Of a DNA stretch of 64,000 nucleotides, positions 12,224 to 23,921 are shown one piece after another; position 1 is the stretch's first letter; each line of letters starts with the position of its first letter. Under the pieces are notes generated by a model, which saw only the letters and a list, made by a program, of their open reading frames with translations, had not been told where the DNA came from and ran no database searches. The stretch covers positions 153,326,001 to 153,390,000 of the forward strand of contig NC_042997.1 of assembly GCF_006345805.1 (NCBI RefSeq). Reading direction: 5' to 3'. A program made the position numbers and the translations under genes. The stretch is from Octopus sinensis (lineage: Eukaryota).

Positions 12224-12405
12224 TAATCCAAACAAGAAAGCACAAAAACAAAACACAACAACGCGAGGACGTAGACAAAATATAGTATTATTGGACGGTC
12301 AGGAAAGAAGGAGGGTTTAACGTTTCGATCGGAGCTCTTCGTCGGAAACATAGGAGAAGGAAAGATCCAGAGATGGGAAGACAGAGGAAAAAAAATCGGA
12401 AAACG
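12224..12405 (-). mobile_element. Probable Penelope-like pseudo-LTR fragment with a degenerate minimal hammerhead-like motif
   Basis: The minus strand of 12320-12349 reads gtttccgacgaagagctccgatcgaaacgt, similar to the ctgacgaaRRGC..GCYcgaaacgt motif I recall from Penelope-like repeats. Confidence 0.5.
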
Positions 12406-12789
12406 AAAATACAAAAGCTAAAACGTAAAAAGTACGAAGTAAAAAGGTAAAAGAGTTATCCTCCTTAGACCTGCGTTTTCTACATGCTGCATTTTCATTT
12501 TTTTCACATTTCTTCTCATTCAATTTTTCTTTCAGTTCGTTATGGTATGTGGTTTGTGCCTGAAGAATATGTTTGAGATATTTCTCGATATATGACACTA
12601 CTAGTAGCACTTAAACACATGTATTGTGTCCTTTACATAATATTTATCACTCACCAGTTGGAGTACTTTTTTTGTTGAATTTTCTATCACGGAATAGTAT
12701 GTTATATATTTGTGTGTGTTGATTTATACATATATATACACAGAAATATATACATTGATAGTTTATACATCTTTTATTATGGATAATTG

Positions 12790-12871
<82 letters not shown>

Positions 12872-13142
12872 AAGTGAGAAAGAGAGAGTGTCAACAAATG
12901 AGATCCAGAGATTCTCGGTATATAACATACTTAGTAGCGCTCAAATGATTCAAACTTATAACAAGCTGCTATATTTAATAGGTTTTTCCGCATAATTGTG
13001 TGTGTATGTGTGCGTAAGAGAGAGGGAGCGTTTGGAGGGATATCCGGGTGGATTTCCTGATGACTCTCAGTAATCTTCCAGGTTACGGCTAACCGCATTG
13101 ATTAGTATTTAACGTCTATAACTACTATGAGTTGTCACTCAC

Positions 13143-13239
13143 GCTGTAAATTCTGTGCAGCTTCGTTCAGAGTCTGTCCATTAGCTAGTTTCAAAGTGAA
13201 CTGAATATAGTTGTTTTGGTTAGGGTTCCAGGGAAGGTG
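13143..13239 (-). CDS. Candidate coding exon, unidentified gene (HLPWNPNQNNYIQFTLKLANGQTLNEAAQNLQ)
   Basis: catcctag acceptor, gtgagt donor, 97 nt open, phase-compatible with the 13609-13686 candidate. Confidence 0.35.
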
Positions 13240-13294
13240 CTAGGATGAACATTCTCCAATATTTTATATAGTTATAAATACTGATAATTGACTT

Positions 13295-13582
13295 ATTTTT
13301 TGAAGTCCTAGTGCTTATTCTATCGGTCCCTTGCTCGAACCGCTAAGTTACAGGGACATAAACACACCAACACCGTTTGTCACGTGATAAGGGCGGAGCA
13401 AACACAGACACAGACATATATATATGTGTGAGTGTGTATGTGTGTGACAGGCTTCTTTCAGTTTCCGACTACCAAATCCTTCACAAGGCCCAAGGTTGTA
13501 GTAGAAGACAATTGCGCAAGGGGACTGAACCTGGAATTATGTGGTTGTGAAGCAGGTTCTTACCACACAGCCACACCTGCGA
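13295..13582 (-). mobile_element. S1 SINE (partial)
   Basis: Reverse complement of ggcttctttcagtttccgactaccaaatcc and cttattctatcggtc matches the S1 body. Confidence 0.85.
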
Positions 13583-13608
13583 CTTCCTACTATACACCCA
13601 CAACTTAC

Positions 13609-13686
13609 AGTTTTCTCACTGCAGTTTAGCTGCACAGGATACGGACTGAACTTGACTCTTCCATAATGATTCCACTTGCATGATCT
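13609..13686 (-). CDS. Candidate coding exon, unidentified gene (RSCKWNHYGRVKFSPYPVQLNCSEKT)
   Basis: gttttgttacag acceptor, gtaagt donor, 78 nt, only frame 0 is open. Confidence 0.4.
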
Positions 13687-14042
13687 CTGTAACAAAACTA
13701 TAATCGTACTTAAATAGATTTTATTTAAATTGAATTCTATATACCAACTTCAAGATCCAATTTTCATTTTATATTTTATCGTTTCTTGCATCACTTCTCT
13801 ATTTCATACAATACATTTTGTGGCATAATAGCATGTAATATGTAACAGACTAGCAATTAGACAGACACTCCTCGTGATTCAGCGACAATGACGTTATTCA
13901 AACATTTCGATAACATTTCTCGTTACTTTTATCGTACTAATAAAATAAATAATACAATACCGCCACATTGCAAATTCATACACATATAATTATCTAATAA
14001 TTTCAGTTGGCTGTTTCCGCAAACATCAATGGATAGCAGCTG

Positions 14043-14353
14043 TTATTCCATAATTCTTATCATTTTATCCACTCTGAAGACATTCCAAAGATACTTATAT
14101 TGAGAAGATATATTATTTGCTTCATAAATTACATTTATAATCAAGTAGCGTGAAAATTGTTTTGTTTTTGTCTGTTTGCTATCAATGAAGGCAAATAGTT
14201 TCTTCCATTCACTCCCGTATAAGTCCAAGTATTTGAAAATGTTATCTTTCAATTGCTTACTATCTTGCAGTATGTTTAGATGTTTTAAACGACACAGAAT
14301 AAAGCTGTGTATAATATCCTCGATTAAATTCTTAGTGTAATTGTTTTTCACGC
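14043..14353 (-). CDS. Candidate exon-like ORF (~102 aa), no recognised homology
   Basis: Non-repetitive open frame VKNNYTKNLIEDIIHSFILCRLKHL...; upstream ttatataattactgtgtag acceptor; donor unclear. Confidence 0.3.
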
Positions 14354-14544
14354 CTACACAGTAATTATATAAAAATATTAAACACAGTCACATGAATGTA
14401 TACGCACACAAATACAATTTCAAGATACTTTGTTTCAGAGAAGCTATTAAAGAATTAACGAAAAATGGAGACTCTTTGCTATAACTTTAGATCCGTACAC
14501 ACACAGACATAAGCGTTGTCTACTATACACACACACACCCGCCC

Positions 14545-15835
14545 CTGGCTCACGAATGCCTTGCGATTAGCTTTGGTAGACGGAAACTGAAAGAACCTCA
14601 TCGTGTATATATATGTGTGTGTGTGTGCATGTGTATGCGCGCGCGCGTGTTTGTTTGTTTGTTTCTCCTCCACCATCGTTTGACAACCAGTGTCGTTTGT
14701 TTATGCTCCAGTAATCTAGCAGTTTGGCAAAAGAGATCGAAGATCTTTTCCTTTTGATCGGTAGTTCGATAAATTATTATTTTTTTTTAAACTAAACTCT
14801 TTTAGACTTTGGATACTGGAAGAATGTGTCATTTAGAACATCTTTTACTCTTAGCTTTGTTAAGAAAAGTATCTATTTACGAAGTTATTTCGTGTTAAAG
14901 TTGTCGTATTTCGGTAATATCAACCAATCAATGACGTGTATTCAGCTGAATAAAATTACTGCTATTGCTTGTCTACAACAACTATCGGCGGTATATATTT
15001 CGTTTGTCACTGTTATCTATGACATCATTCGTGCATTTGTACTGGTTTTAGCTTTAAGGTTTTAGGGTTCGGGTTTTGCGGTTAGGGTTTTAGGGTTAGG
15101 GTGTTGGCGTTTTAAGGTTAAGGAAAAAAGTGATAAACGAAGAAATTGGTGTGGGGTCAAAAATTTTCAAAATTCTGATTTTTGACAATTTTCTGGATCA
15201 TCCGTATCCGAAAAGCTGGGTTTTGGCAAAAAAAAAAACAATAAAAAAAAACAATAATTTAGGAGAAAATGGGTGGGGACATGAGGAAGTCTTTCCGGAA
15301 ATTGTAGCTGAAAAACTGGAAGAAAAACTAAAACTAGTAGAAATGCACGAACGATTATAGTGGTGTCGTAAAGTAAACGTGCTTCAGATACACCCGTTCA
15401 TACATACGAACGTAACTGAGATTTTAAATATGTCATAAATAACAGTGACAAACGAAATATACGCCGCCAGAAGTTGTTGTTGACAAACAACAGCAGTAAC
15501 TTTATTCAGCTCAATAGACGTCATTGATTGGTTGAAATTACCGAAATACAACTTTAACACGAAATAACTTCGAAAATATAAACTTGTCTCAACAACGCTA
15601 AGAGTAAAAGATTATCTATAAGACACATTCTACCAGTATCTGAAGTTTGAAAGTCTTAAGTTAAAAAAAATTAATTTAACGACCTTCCGATCAAAAGGAA
15701 AAGATCTGAGATCGATAGAATAAGTACCAGGCTTAAAAAATATGAACTGGGGTCGTTTTGTTCGACTACATCCTTTAAGGTGTTACCCCAGCACGGCCGC
15801 AGTTCAATGACCAGAACAAGAAAAGATAATAGAAA
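14545..15835 (+). mobile_element. S1 SINE split by a TIR element
   Basis: 5' part ends ...ttggcaaaagagatcga at 14740 and resumes gagatcgatagaataagtaccagg at 15708. Confidence 0.88.
14741..15707 (+). mobile_element. Non-autonomous DNA transposon (~967 bp, ~280-290-bp TIRs, 8-bp TSD gagatcga), possibly Merlin-type
   Basis: Ends agatcttttccttttgatcgg ... ccgatcaaaaggaaaagatct; TSD at 14733-14740 and 15708-15715; internal TTAGGG-like tract at about 15052-15120. Confidence 0.9.
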
Positions 15836-15985
15836 TATATATATATATATATATTTCTATTATCTTTCTTAGATATAGATATATATTATATATAATATAT
15901 TATATATATATCTTATATATATATATATATATATATTTCTATTATCTTTTCTTGTTAGTCATTGACTGCGGCCGTGCTGGGGTAA
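15783..15985. repeat. Inverted duplication of an S1 SINE tail (~52-bp arms) across an AT spacer
   Basis: ttaccccagcacggccgcagttcaatgacc..gataatagaaat versus atttctattatc..gtcattgactgcggccgtgctggggtaa. Confidence 0.9.
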
Positions 15986-16000
15986 TCGAATATATATATA

Positions 16001-17318
16001 CTTGAAATACTTTGAATACTTTGAAGGTTTCGGCCATTATTGCCCAGGCCATGTCTAACTTAATAGCACCACCTGGTGAAGTCTTTCAAGTCAGAATTTG
16101 GGCACTATGGCCCACTCAAGTAGAGAGTTTTGTTTACAGAGACATATCCGGGTGTAGGGGGTTTATCCGGATTTCTTGAAGGAATCTGTCCAAAGACTTC
16201 TTGAACCCTATAGGGTCAGTTTCTGTTTAATGTGTTTTGGTGTAATGTTAAAGAGAGCGGGGCCAATTGAGGTGAAATAATTGTGCCGTATTGTTGTTAT
16301 GAGATGAGAGTGCGATTTTTGTTTTTGGGCGGATGGCACGGGGCCCAAGCCTTGGATGTACCTTAAAGGTGATGCCAACATCATTTGGGCAATGCTGATG
16401 GATATTTTCCACATCATGCAGATGATGTAGCGCTCACGACGACGTTGGAGAGAATAGAGTTTTAGCTTTTCTAGTCGACCCCAATAGTCGAGGCCTGTCA
16501 TGCCATCTATCTTTTTTGTGATTGACCTTTGAGGTGCTTCAACTTTTATGATACCTTGTATTGTGTGGGGAGACCACAGTGGACAACAGTATTCAAGGTG
16601 GGGTCGGGCAAAAGTGGAGAAGAGAAGGATAATGGTGTGGATATCTCTCGACTGGAAAGTTCTGAGAATCCAGGAACACATTCTGCGGGCCATGTCAACT
16701 TTGGTGTTTATATGAGTGGCCCAGCTTACGTTGTTGTCCACAATTACTCCCAAGTCTCTGATGTTGTTGGACGCCGCGAAAGTTTCACCTGAAGGAAGGA
16801 GTATGGGAGTTTCAGGGCATCCTCTTTTCCAAAGTGGATTAGCTCAAATTTATCCTCGTTCAGCAGCATATTGTTTTTTTCTGCCCATTGGATAACAGCC
16901 AGTAGATCTGACTGAAGGCATGTCCGGTCACTCGCCTCATTTATGACCTTCTGTAGCTTGGAGTCATCTGCAAAGATTTTTATGTTGCTGTGCTTGATGA
17001 TGTCATTAATGTCATTAATGTAAATGATGAAAAGAAGTGGGCCCAGCACAGTGCCTTGCGGAACGCCACTACTGACTTTGGCTGGGCTTGATTTTACCCC
17101 TTCAACTAACAACATGTTGAGATCTGTCTGTCAGGAAACACTTAATCCATTTCAGTAACTTTCCAGAGACACCAATGTTGGATAGTTTTTTTCAATAGGA
17201 TCTTGTGATCGACCCTGTCGAAGGCCTTACTGAAATCAAGGTAGATGACATCGGTGTTGGAGCCCCTCCCAAAGCTCTCAAAATGTCCTCAAAGTGATGC
17301 AGGAGCTGCGTTAGGCAG
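16001..17318 (-). mobile_element. LINE-B copy 2 (runs into the gap)
   Basis: Near-identical to 8829-10150, with extra homopolymer indels. Confidence 0.93.
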
Positions 17319-17418
17319 NNNNNNNNNNNNNNNNNNNNNNNNNNNNNNNNNNNNNNNNNNNNNNNNNNNNNNNNNNNNNNNNNNNNNNNNNNNNNNNNNN
17401 NNNNNNNNNNNNNNNNNN
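17319..17418. other. Assembly gap (100 N)
   Basis: Run of exactly 100 n. Confidence 0.99.
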
Positions 17419-18592
17419 CCAACATTGGTGTCTCTGGAAAGTTACTGAAATGGATCAAGTGTTTCCTGACAGACAGATCTCAACATGTTGTAGTTGAAGG
17501 TGTAAAATCAAGCCCAGCCAAAGTCAGTAGTGGGTTCCGCAAGGCACTGTGCTGGGCCCACTTCTTTTAATCATTTACATTAATGACATTAATGACATCA
17601 TCAAGCACAGCAACATAAAAATCTTTGCAGATGATTCCAAGCTACAGAAGGTCATAAATGAGGCGAGTGACCGGACATGCCTTCAGTCAGATCTACTGGC
17701 TGTTATCCAATGGGCAGAAAAAAACAATATGCTGCTGAACGAGGATAAATTTGAATTAATCCACTTTGGAAATGAGGATGCCCTGAAACTCCCATACTCC
17801 CTTCCTTCAGGTGAAACTCTCGCGGCGTCCAACAACATCAAAGACTTGGGAGTAATTGTGGACAACAACATAAGCTGGGCCACTCATATAAACACCAAAT
17901 TTGACATGGCCCACAGAATGGGTTCCTGGATTCTCAGAACTTTCCAGTCGAGAGATATCCACACCATTATCCTTCTCTTCTCCACTTTTGCCCGACCCCA
18001 CCTTGAATACTGTTGTCCACTGTGGTCTCCCCACACAATAGAAGGTATCATAAAAGTTGAAGCACCTCAAAGGGCAATCACAAAAAAGATAGATGGCATG
18101 ACAGGCCTCGACTATTGGGGTCGACTAGAAAAGCTAAAACTCTATTCTCTCCAACGTCGTCGTGAGCGCTACATCATCTGCATGATGTGGAAAATATTCC
18201 ATCAGCATTGCCCAAATGATGTTGGCATCACCTTTAAGGTACATCCAAGGCTTGGGCCCCGTGCCATCCGCCCAAACAAAAATCGCACTCTCATCGCATA
18301 ACAACAATACGGCACAATTATTTCACCTCAATTGGCCCCGCTCTCTTTAACATTACACAAAAACACATTAAAAAGAAACTGACCCTATAGGGTTCAAGAA
18401 GTCTTTGGACAGATCCTTCAAGAAATCCCGGATAAACCCCCTACACCCGGATATGTCTCTGTAAAACAATACTCTCTACTTGAGTGGGCCATAGTGCCCA
18501 AATTCTGACTTGAAAGACTTCACCAGGTGGTGCTATTAAGTTAGACATGGCCTGGGCCAATAATGGCCGAAACCTATCAAAGTATCAAAGTA
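17419..18592 (+). mobile_element. LINE-B copy 3 (3' part, opposite orientation)
   Basis: ORF 17549-18301 LGPLLLIIYIND..FADDSK..YSLQRRRERY; 3' tail ctatcaaagtatcaaagta. Confidence 0.93.
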
Positions 18593-18614
18593 AGTATATA
18601 TATCATAATATATA

Positions 18615-18688
<74 letters not shown>

Positions 18689-18691
18689 TAT

Positions 18692-18722
<31 letters not shown>

Positions 18723-19105
18723 TATTATATATATAATATATATATATATATATTATATAATATATCTATATATTATATATCTATATATATATATCTATAT
18801 ATATATATATTATATATATCTATGTATATATATATCTATATATATATATTCTATATATATATATATATATATATAATATTATATATATATATCTATATAT
18901 ATATCATATATATATATATATATATCTATATATATATCTATATATATATATATCTATATATAGTTAGCAAAAATTTTTTTAAAAAGCAGAATGCTCAATG
19001 AAAGAAAATTTAATAAAATGAGAAAATGATAAATATATAAAATATATATTTATTCAACCGGTTTCGTATATAATATATATATTATCTATTATATATAATA
19101 TATAT

Positions 19106-19136
<31 letters not shown>

Positions 19137-19169
19137 CTATATATCTATATATATATATATATCTTATAT

Positions 19170-19203
<34 letters not shown>

Positions 19204-19283
19204 CTATATATATATCTATATAATATAATTCTATATATATATGATCTATAATATATATATATCTATATATATATATATATATA

Positions 19284-19321
<38 letters not shown>

Positions 19322-19489
19322 CTATATATATCTATAATATTATCTATATATTATATATATATATCTATATATCTTATATATATCTATAATATATATACTA
19401 TAATATATATATATTCTATATATCTATATATATCTATATATATATATCTATATATATATCTATATATATATATAATATCTATATATATA

Positions 19490-19521
<32 letters not shown>

Positions 19522-19522
19522 C

Positions 19523-19554
<32 letters not shown>

Positions 19555-20129
19555 TATATATATCTATATATATATATAATATAATATATATTAATATATA
19601 ATATATCTATATATATATATATATATCTATAATATATATATATATCTATATATATATATATATATCTTATATCTATTATATATCTATATATATCTATATA
19701 TCTATATATATATATCTATATATATATATCTATATATATATATATATATCTATATATATATATATATCTATATATATTATATATATATCTATATATATAT
19801 ATCTATATATATATAATATCTATATATATATATCTATATATATTATATATATATTATATATCTATATATACTATATATCTATATATATATATATCTATAT
19901 ATATATATATCTATATATATATATATATCTATATATATATATATATCTATTATATATATATATATCTATATATATATATATCTATATATATATATATATA
20001 TATCTATATATATCTATAATCTATATATTATATATTATCTATATATATATCTATATATCTATATATATATATATCTATATATATATATCTATATATATAT
20101 ATATATATAATATCTAATATATATATCTA

Positions 20130-20207
<78 letters not shown>

Positions 20208-20499
20208 ATATATATTATATTTATCTATATATATATATATATATCTATCTATATATATATATATATCTATCTATATATATATATATATATCTATATATAT
20301 ATATATATATATATCTAATATATATATATATATATATCTATATATTATATATTATCTATATATATATATATCTATATTATATATATATATATCTATATTA
20401 TATATATATATATATCTATATATATATATCTATCTATATATATATATCTATATATATATATATATCATATATTATATATATATTATATATAATATATAT

Positions 20500-20533
<34 letters not shown>

Positions 20534-20841
20534 ATATATATATCTATATATATAATATATATATATCTATATATATATATCTATATATATATATATATCT
20601 ATCTATATATATCATATATATATATATATATATATCTATATATCTATATATATATAATCTATATATATATATATATAATCTATATATCTATATATATATA
20701 TCTATATATCTATATATATATATCTATATATCTATATATATATATATCTATATATATCTATATATCTTATATTATATATCTATATATTATATCTATATAT
20801 CTATATATCTATATATATATATATATATATATAATAATTAT

Positions 20842-20881
<40 letters not shown>
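18593..20881. repeat. ~2.3-kb (TA)n array interrupted mainly by atctat, with a ~110-bp unique island at about 18960-19070
   Basis: Direct reading. Confidence 0.96.
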
Positions 20882-20883
<2 letters not shown>

Positions 20884-21335
20884 TGTGTGTGCGCGAGTGT
20901 AGTCTGAAAAGATTTACACGCGTTTAAATATATCCATTTATAGAAAATCGGTTTCCTAAACAAGATTTGATGAAATATGAAAATGTAAAAACAGCCGTTT
21001 TTATAAAATGAGATTACATTTCTATTCTATTGATAAATATAGTCTAGATCATACAGTTGTCATTCTTCATTTATTCCACCTCAAAAATATCTGTTTCTGC
21101 AATGGTTTTCTTAGTTTTATCACTCACTCCTAAATTACTTTATGATCTGACTCAATTTACATTCGAAAATGTTTCCCGTATTTTTTCTGTCGACGCTGAA
21201 ATTATTATATCTCTGAATTATCATGATAGCTAGTTACGAGCACATAAAACTGTTGAATTCTGTTTCGTTTATTTCTTAATAATAGCGTACGCTATGTGAA
21301 AAGGTTTTGTAGTACATCTTCGAACTGGAAACTGA

Positions 21336-21730
21336 GGAGTTGCTGTGTGGTAAGTAGCTTGCTTACCAACCACATGGTTCCGGGTTCAGTCCCACCGCGT
21401 GGCACCTTGGGCAAGTGTCTTCTACTATAGCTTCGGACCGACTAAAGCCTTGTGAGTGGATTTGGTAGACGGAAACTGAAAGAAGCCCGTCTATATATAT
21501 ATATGTATATGTAAGTGTGTGTTTGTGTGTCTATGTTTGTCACCCCAGCATTGCTTGACAACCGATGCTGGTGTGTTTACGTCCTTGTAACATAGTGGTT
21601 CGGCAAAAGAGACCGATGGAATAAGTACTAGGCTTACAAGAATAAGCTCTGGGGTCGATTTGGTTGACTAAAGGCGGTGCTCCAGCATGGCCGCAGTCAA
21701 ATGACTGAAGCAAGTAAAAGAGTAAAGAGA
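21336..21730 (+). mobile_element. S1 SINE (well-preserved full copy)
   Basis: Complete head, body and tail collinear with 126-524. Confidence 0.93.
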
Positions 21731-22724
21731 GGGTAATTCTGCTACATCATTGGAATAATCAGCCATGGATGCTATTAAGAAATAGACAAGAGGGAAGGTA
21801 TCGGGGTGGGGGTTGTGTGTTTTATTTTAAATAGCTAAAATATCATCCACGATGATATTACACCAGTTTCAGTACACGATCTCACATCAAGTCACTTGTT
21901 AAAGAAGTACAACAGTAACTTGTTAATATTGTAAATATTTCATTTTAGTTTCTCTCCACCTTTGAGTAGTAAAATGGCGAAATTTCATGCTTAGAAATTA
22001 ATAAATACGCACTTTGCAAACACCATATGTAAATAATACAATGAAAATACGAAAAGGTTGTTTTTGTTTGTTTTTTTTCCTAAAATTTATCATTCAACTG
22101 TTCGTCATTGTAAAAATAGCGTGAGCGCTCTATTCTTTTGTTAGAAACAAACTCTTTGTTTATCGCAAGAATTCAAATGATTTAAACGAAATTTATTATG
22201 CATACATAAAAATACACATATACACACCTACACGAAGACTTAAAAAATAATTCGAATGATCTTCAAATTGTATGAAAGAAAAAAACATAAGCAAAACATT
22301 TTCAACGCTGATTTCCATTCAAAAAGATACTGAATTTTAAAACTATAATTTGATAGTGAAACGACTACATCCGCTAAAATAAACTCATTTCTAAAACAAA
22401 AGCCATATGATATAAACAATGTTTTCAAAAATAGAATGAGGAAGATTGTATGAAATTAAGATATTTAAATAAGAATACAGGTAAAATTGTACACATAAGA
22501 TCTAATTACAAGATCAAGTGTGTATTACGAATAAATACGTAAATACGCTGAAGCAGTTCCAAATATATCTCGTTTTACTATAAAATTAGACTGCTGAATA
22601 TGTATGTTATATATAGGCCTAATTATATATATCGTACTTAAGGTATGATTTTGCAGAGCTGGCAATTTCTAAACCGTCTATAATGAAACGCATAGTTCTT
22701 CATTTAAATTATTGGTTTTCAGAT

Positions 22725-22925
22725 ATTGGCAGCAAGTTCGGGGAATGGGGTAAGTCGATTACATCGACCATCAATGTCCAACAGGTACATTATTATCGAC
22801 CTGGAAGGGATGAAAGGTAAAGTTGACCTTGGGGTAATTTGAACTCACATCGTAAAGACGGGCGAAATGCTGCTAAGTATTTTGCCCAGTTCGCTAACGA
22901 TTCTGCAAACTTGCCGCCTTATTCA
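22725..22925 (-). mobile_element. tRNA-derived SINE, family S2
   Basis: Reverse complement gives aaggcggcaagtttgcagaatcgttagc..gagttcaaatt..gtcaactttacctttcatccc, the family repeated at 36-40, 48, 54 and 58 kb. Confidence 0.85.
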
Positions 22926-22931
22926 GTTAAA

Positions 22932-23156
22932 GGATATTTTCCCTTTGAACGGCAGATTGAGAAATTAATTTTTTGTAACTAAACACTTTCAAACTTCGGA
23001 CACTGGTAGAATGTGTCATATAAAACATCTTTTACTCTTAGCGTTTTTGAGAAAAGTTTCTATTTACAAAGTTATTTCGTGTTAAAGTTGTCGTATTTCG
23101 GTAATTTCAACCAATCAATGACGTGTAATCAACTGAATAAAATTACTGCCGTTGTT
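22932..23156 (+). mobile_element. Solo truncated TIR arm of the 14.7/30.2-kb element family
   Basis: ggatattttccctttgaacgg..aaccaatcaatgacgtg..aaaattactg matches 14741-14960. Confidence 0.88.
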
Positions 23157-23650
23157 ATATCTTGCCTGATTGATACACTTTCAATTCTCCTATCTTCTGC
23201 AGAATATACTTTGTACACAATAGTCCTTTCCTGCATATCTTTTATTACTCCCTGGAGTGGCAACAACTTTGCGTCACCACCTTCTCTGTGTGCCATCTTC
23301 TCATAACTTTTCAACATTGACAGATCCACCTCCTTATTCGCAACTTACGCAAAACTTTTCTTCTTTAATTGACCATCCATTCTTTTCACCACTCGTACAA
23401 GTTCCTCTTCTGACGATGATAATTCCGACCCACTAAGGTCTGAATAAAATAAATTGTTCTTTCTATCCCTAGCTAACTCTCCTCAAACGAGGAGAGAAAC
23501 CACAAACAATTTGCTGCAAAGCAGCACGAAAACAATTAGCAAAGTGCTTTAAAAAACACTGACACAAAACAAAACGATGTTAACACTGTAAAAAATACCG
23601 TCAAATTGATTCACGTACACCTTGAAAAACACCGGAAGCGTGCTGGTGTT
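23157..23650 (-). mobile_element. Probable 5' UTR and ORF1 start relic of an L1/Tx1-like element
   Basis: Minus frame SELSSSEEELVRVVKRMDGQLKKKSFA*VANKEVDLSMLKSYEK..TIVYKVY is gag-like with a stop; the assignment is by resemblance only. Confidence 0.4.
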
Positions 23651-23921
23651 TCTTCCTTATTTTAACTTTTGTTTTTGATTAGCCAAATTTCATTTACATC
23701 TTGCCGCAAGATAGATGGCTTCACTATAAATATTAGAATACCATTACAACATATGTTATGAATAAATAAATTCAAAGTCAACGTTCTACCATTATTTAAA
23801 TGAGTTGTCAATCACAAGGTTGGTTTGTTTAAATTTTAATAAGTAACCTTCCACGACAACCATACGCTGTTCGGGAAGAAGTGTTTAGACAAGCTTGCTT
23901 AAGTGTAGAAATATTCATGGT

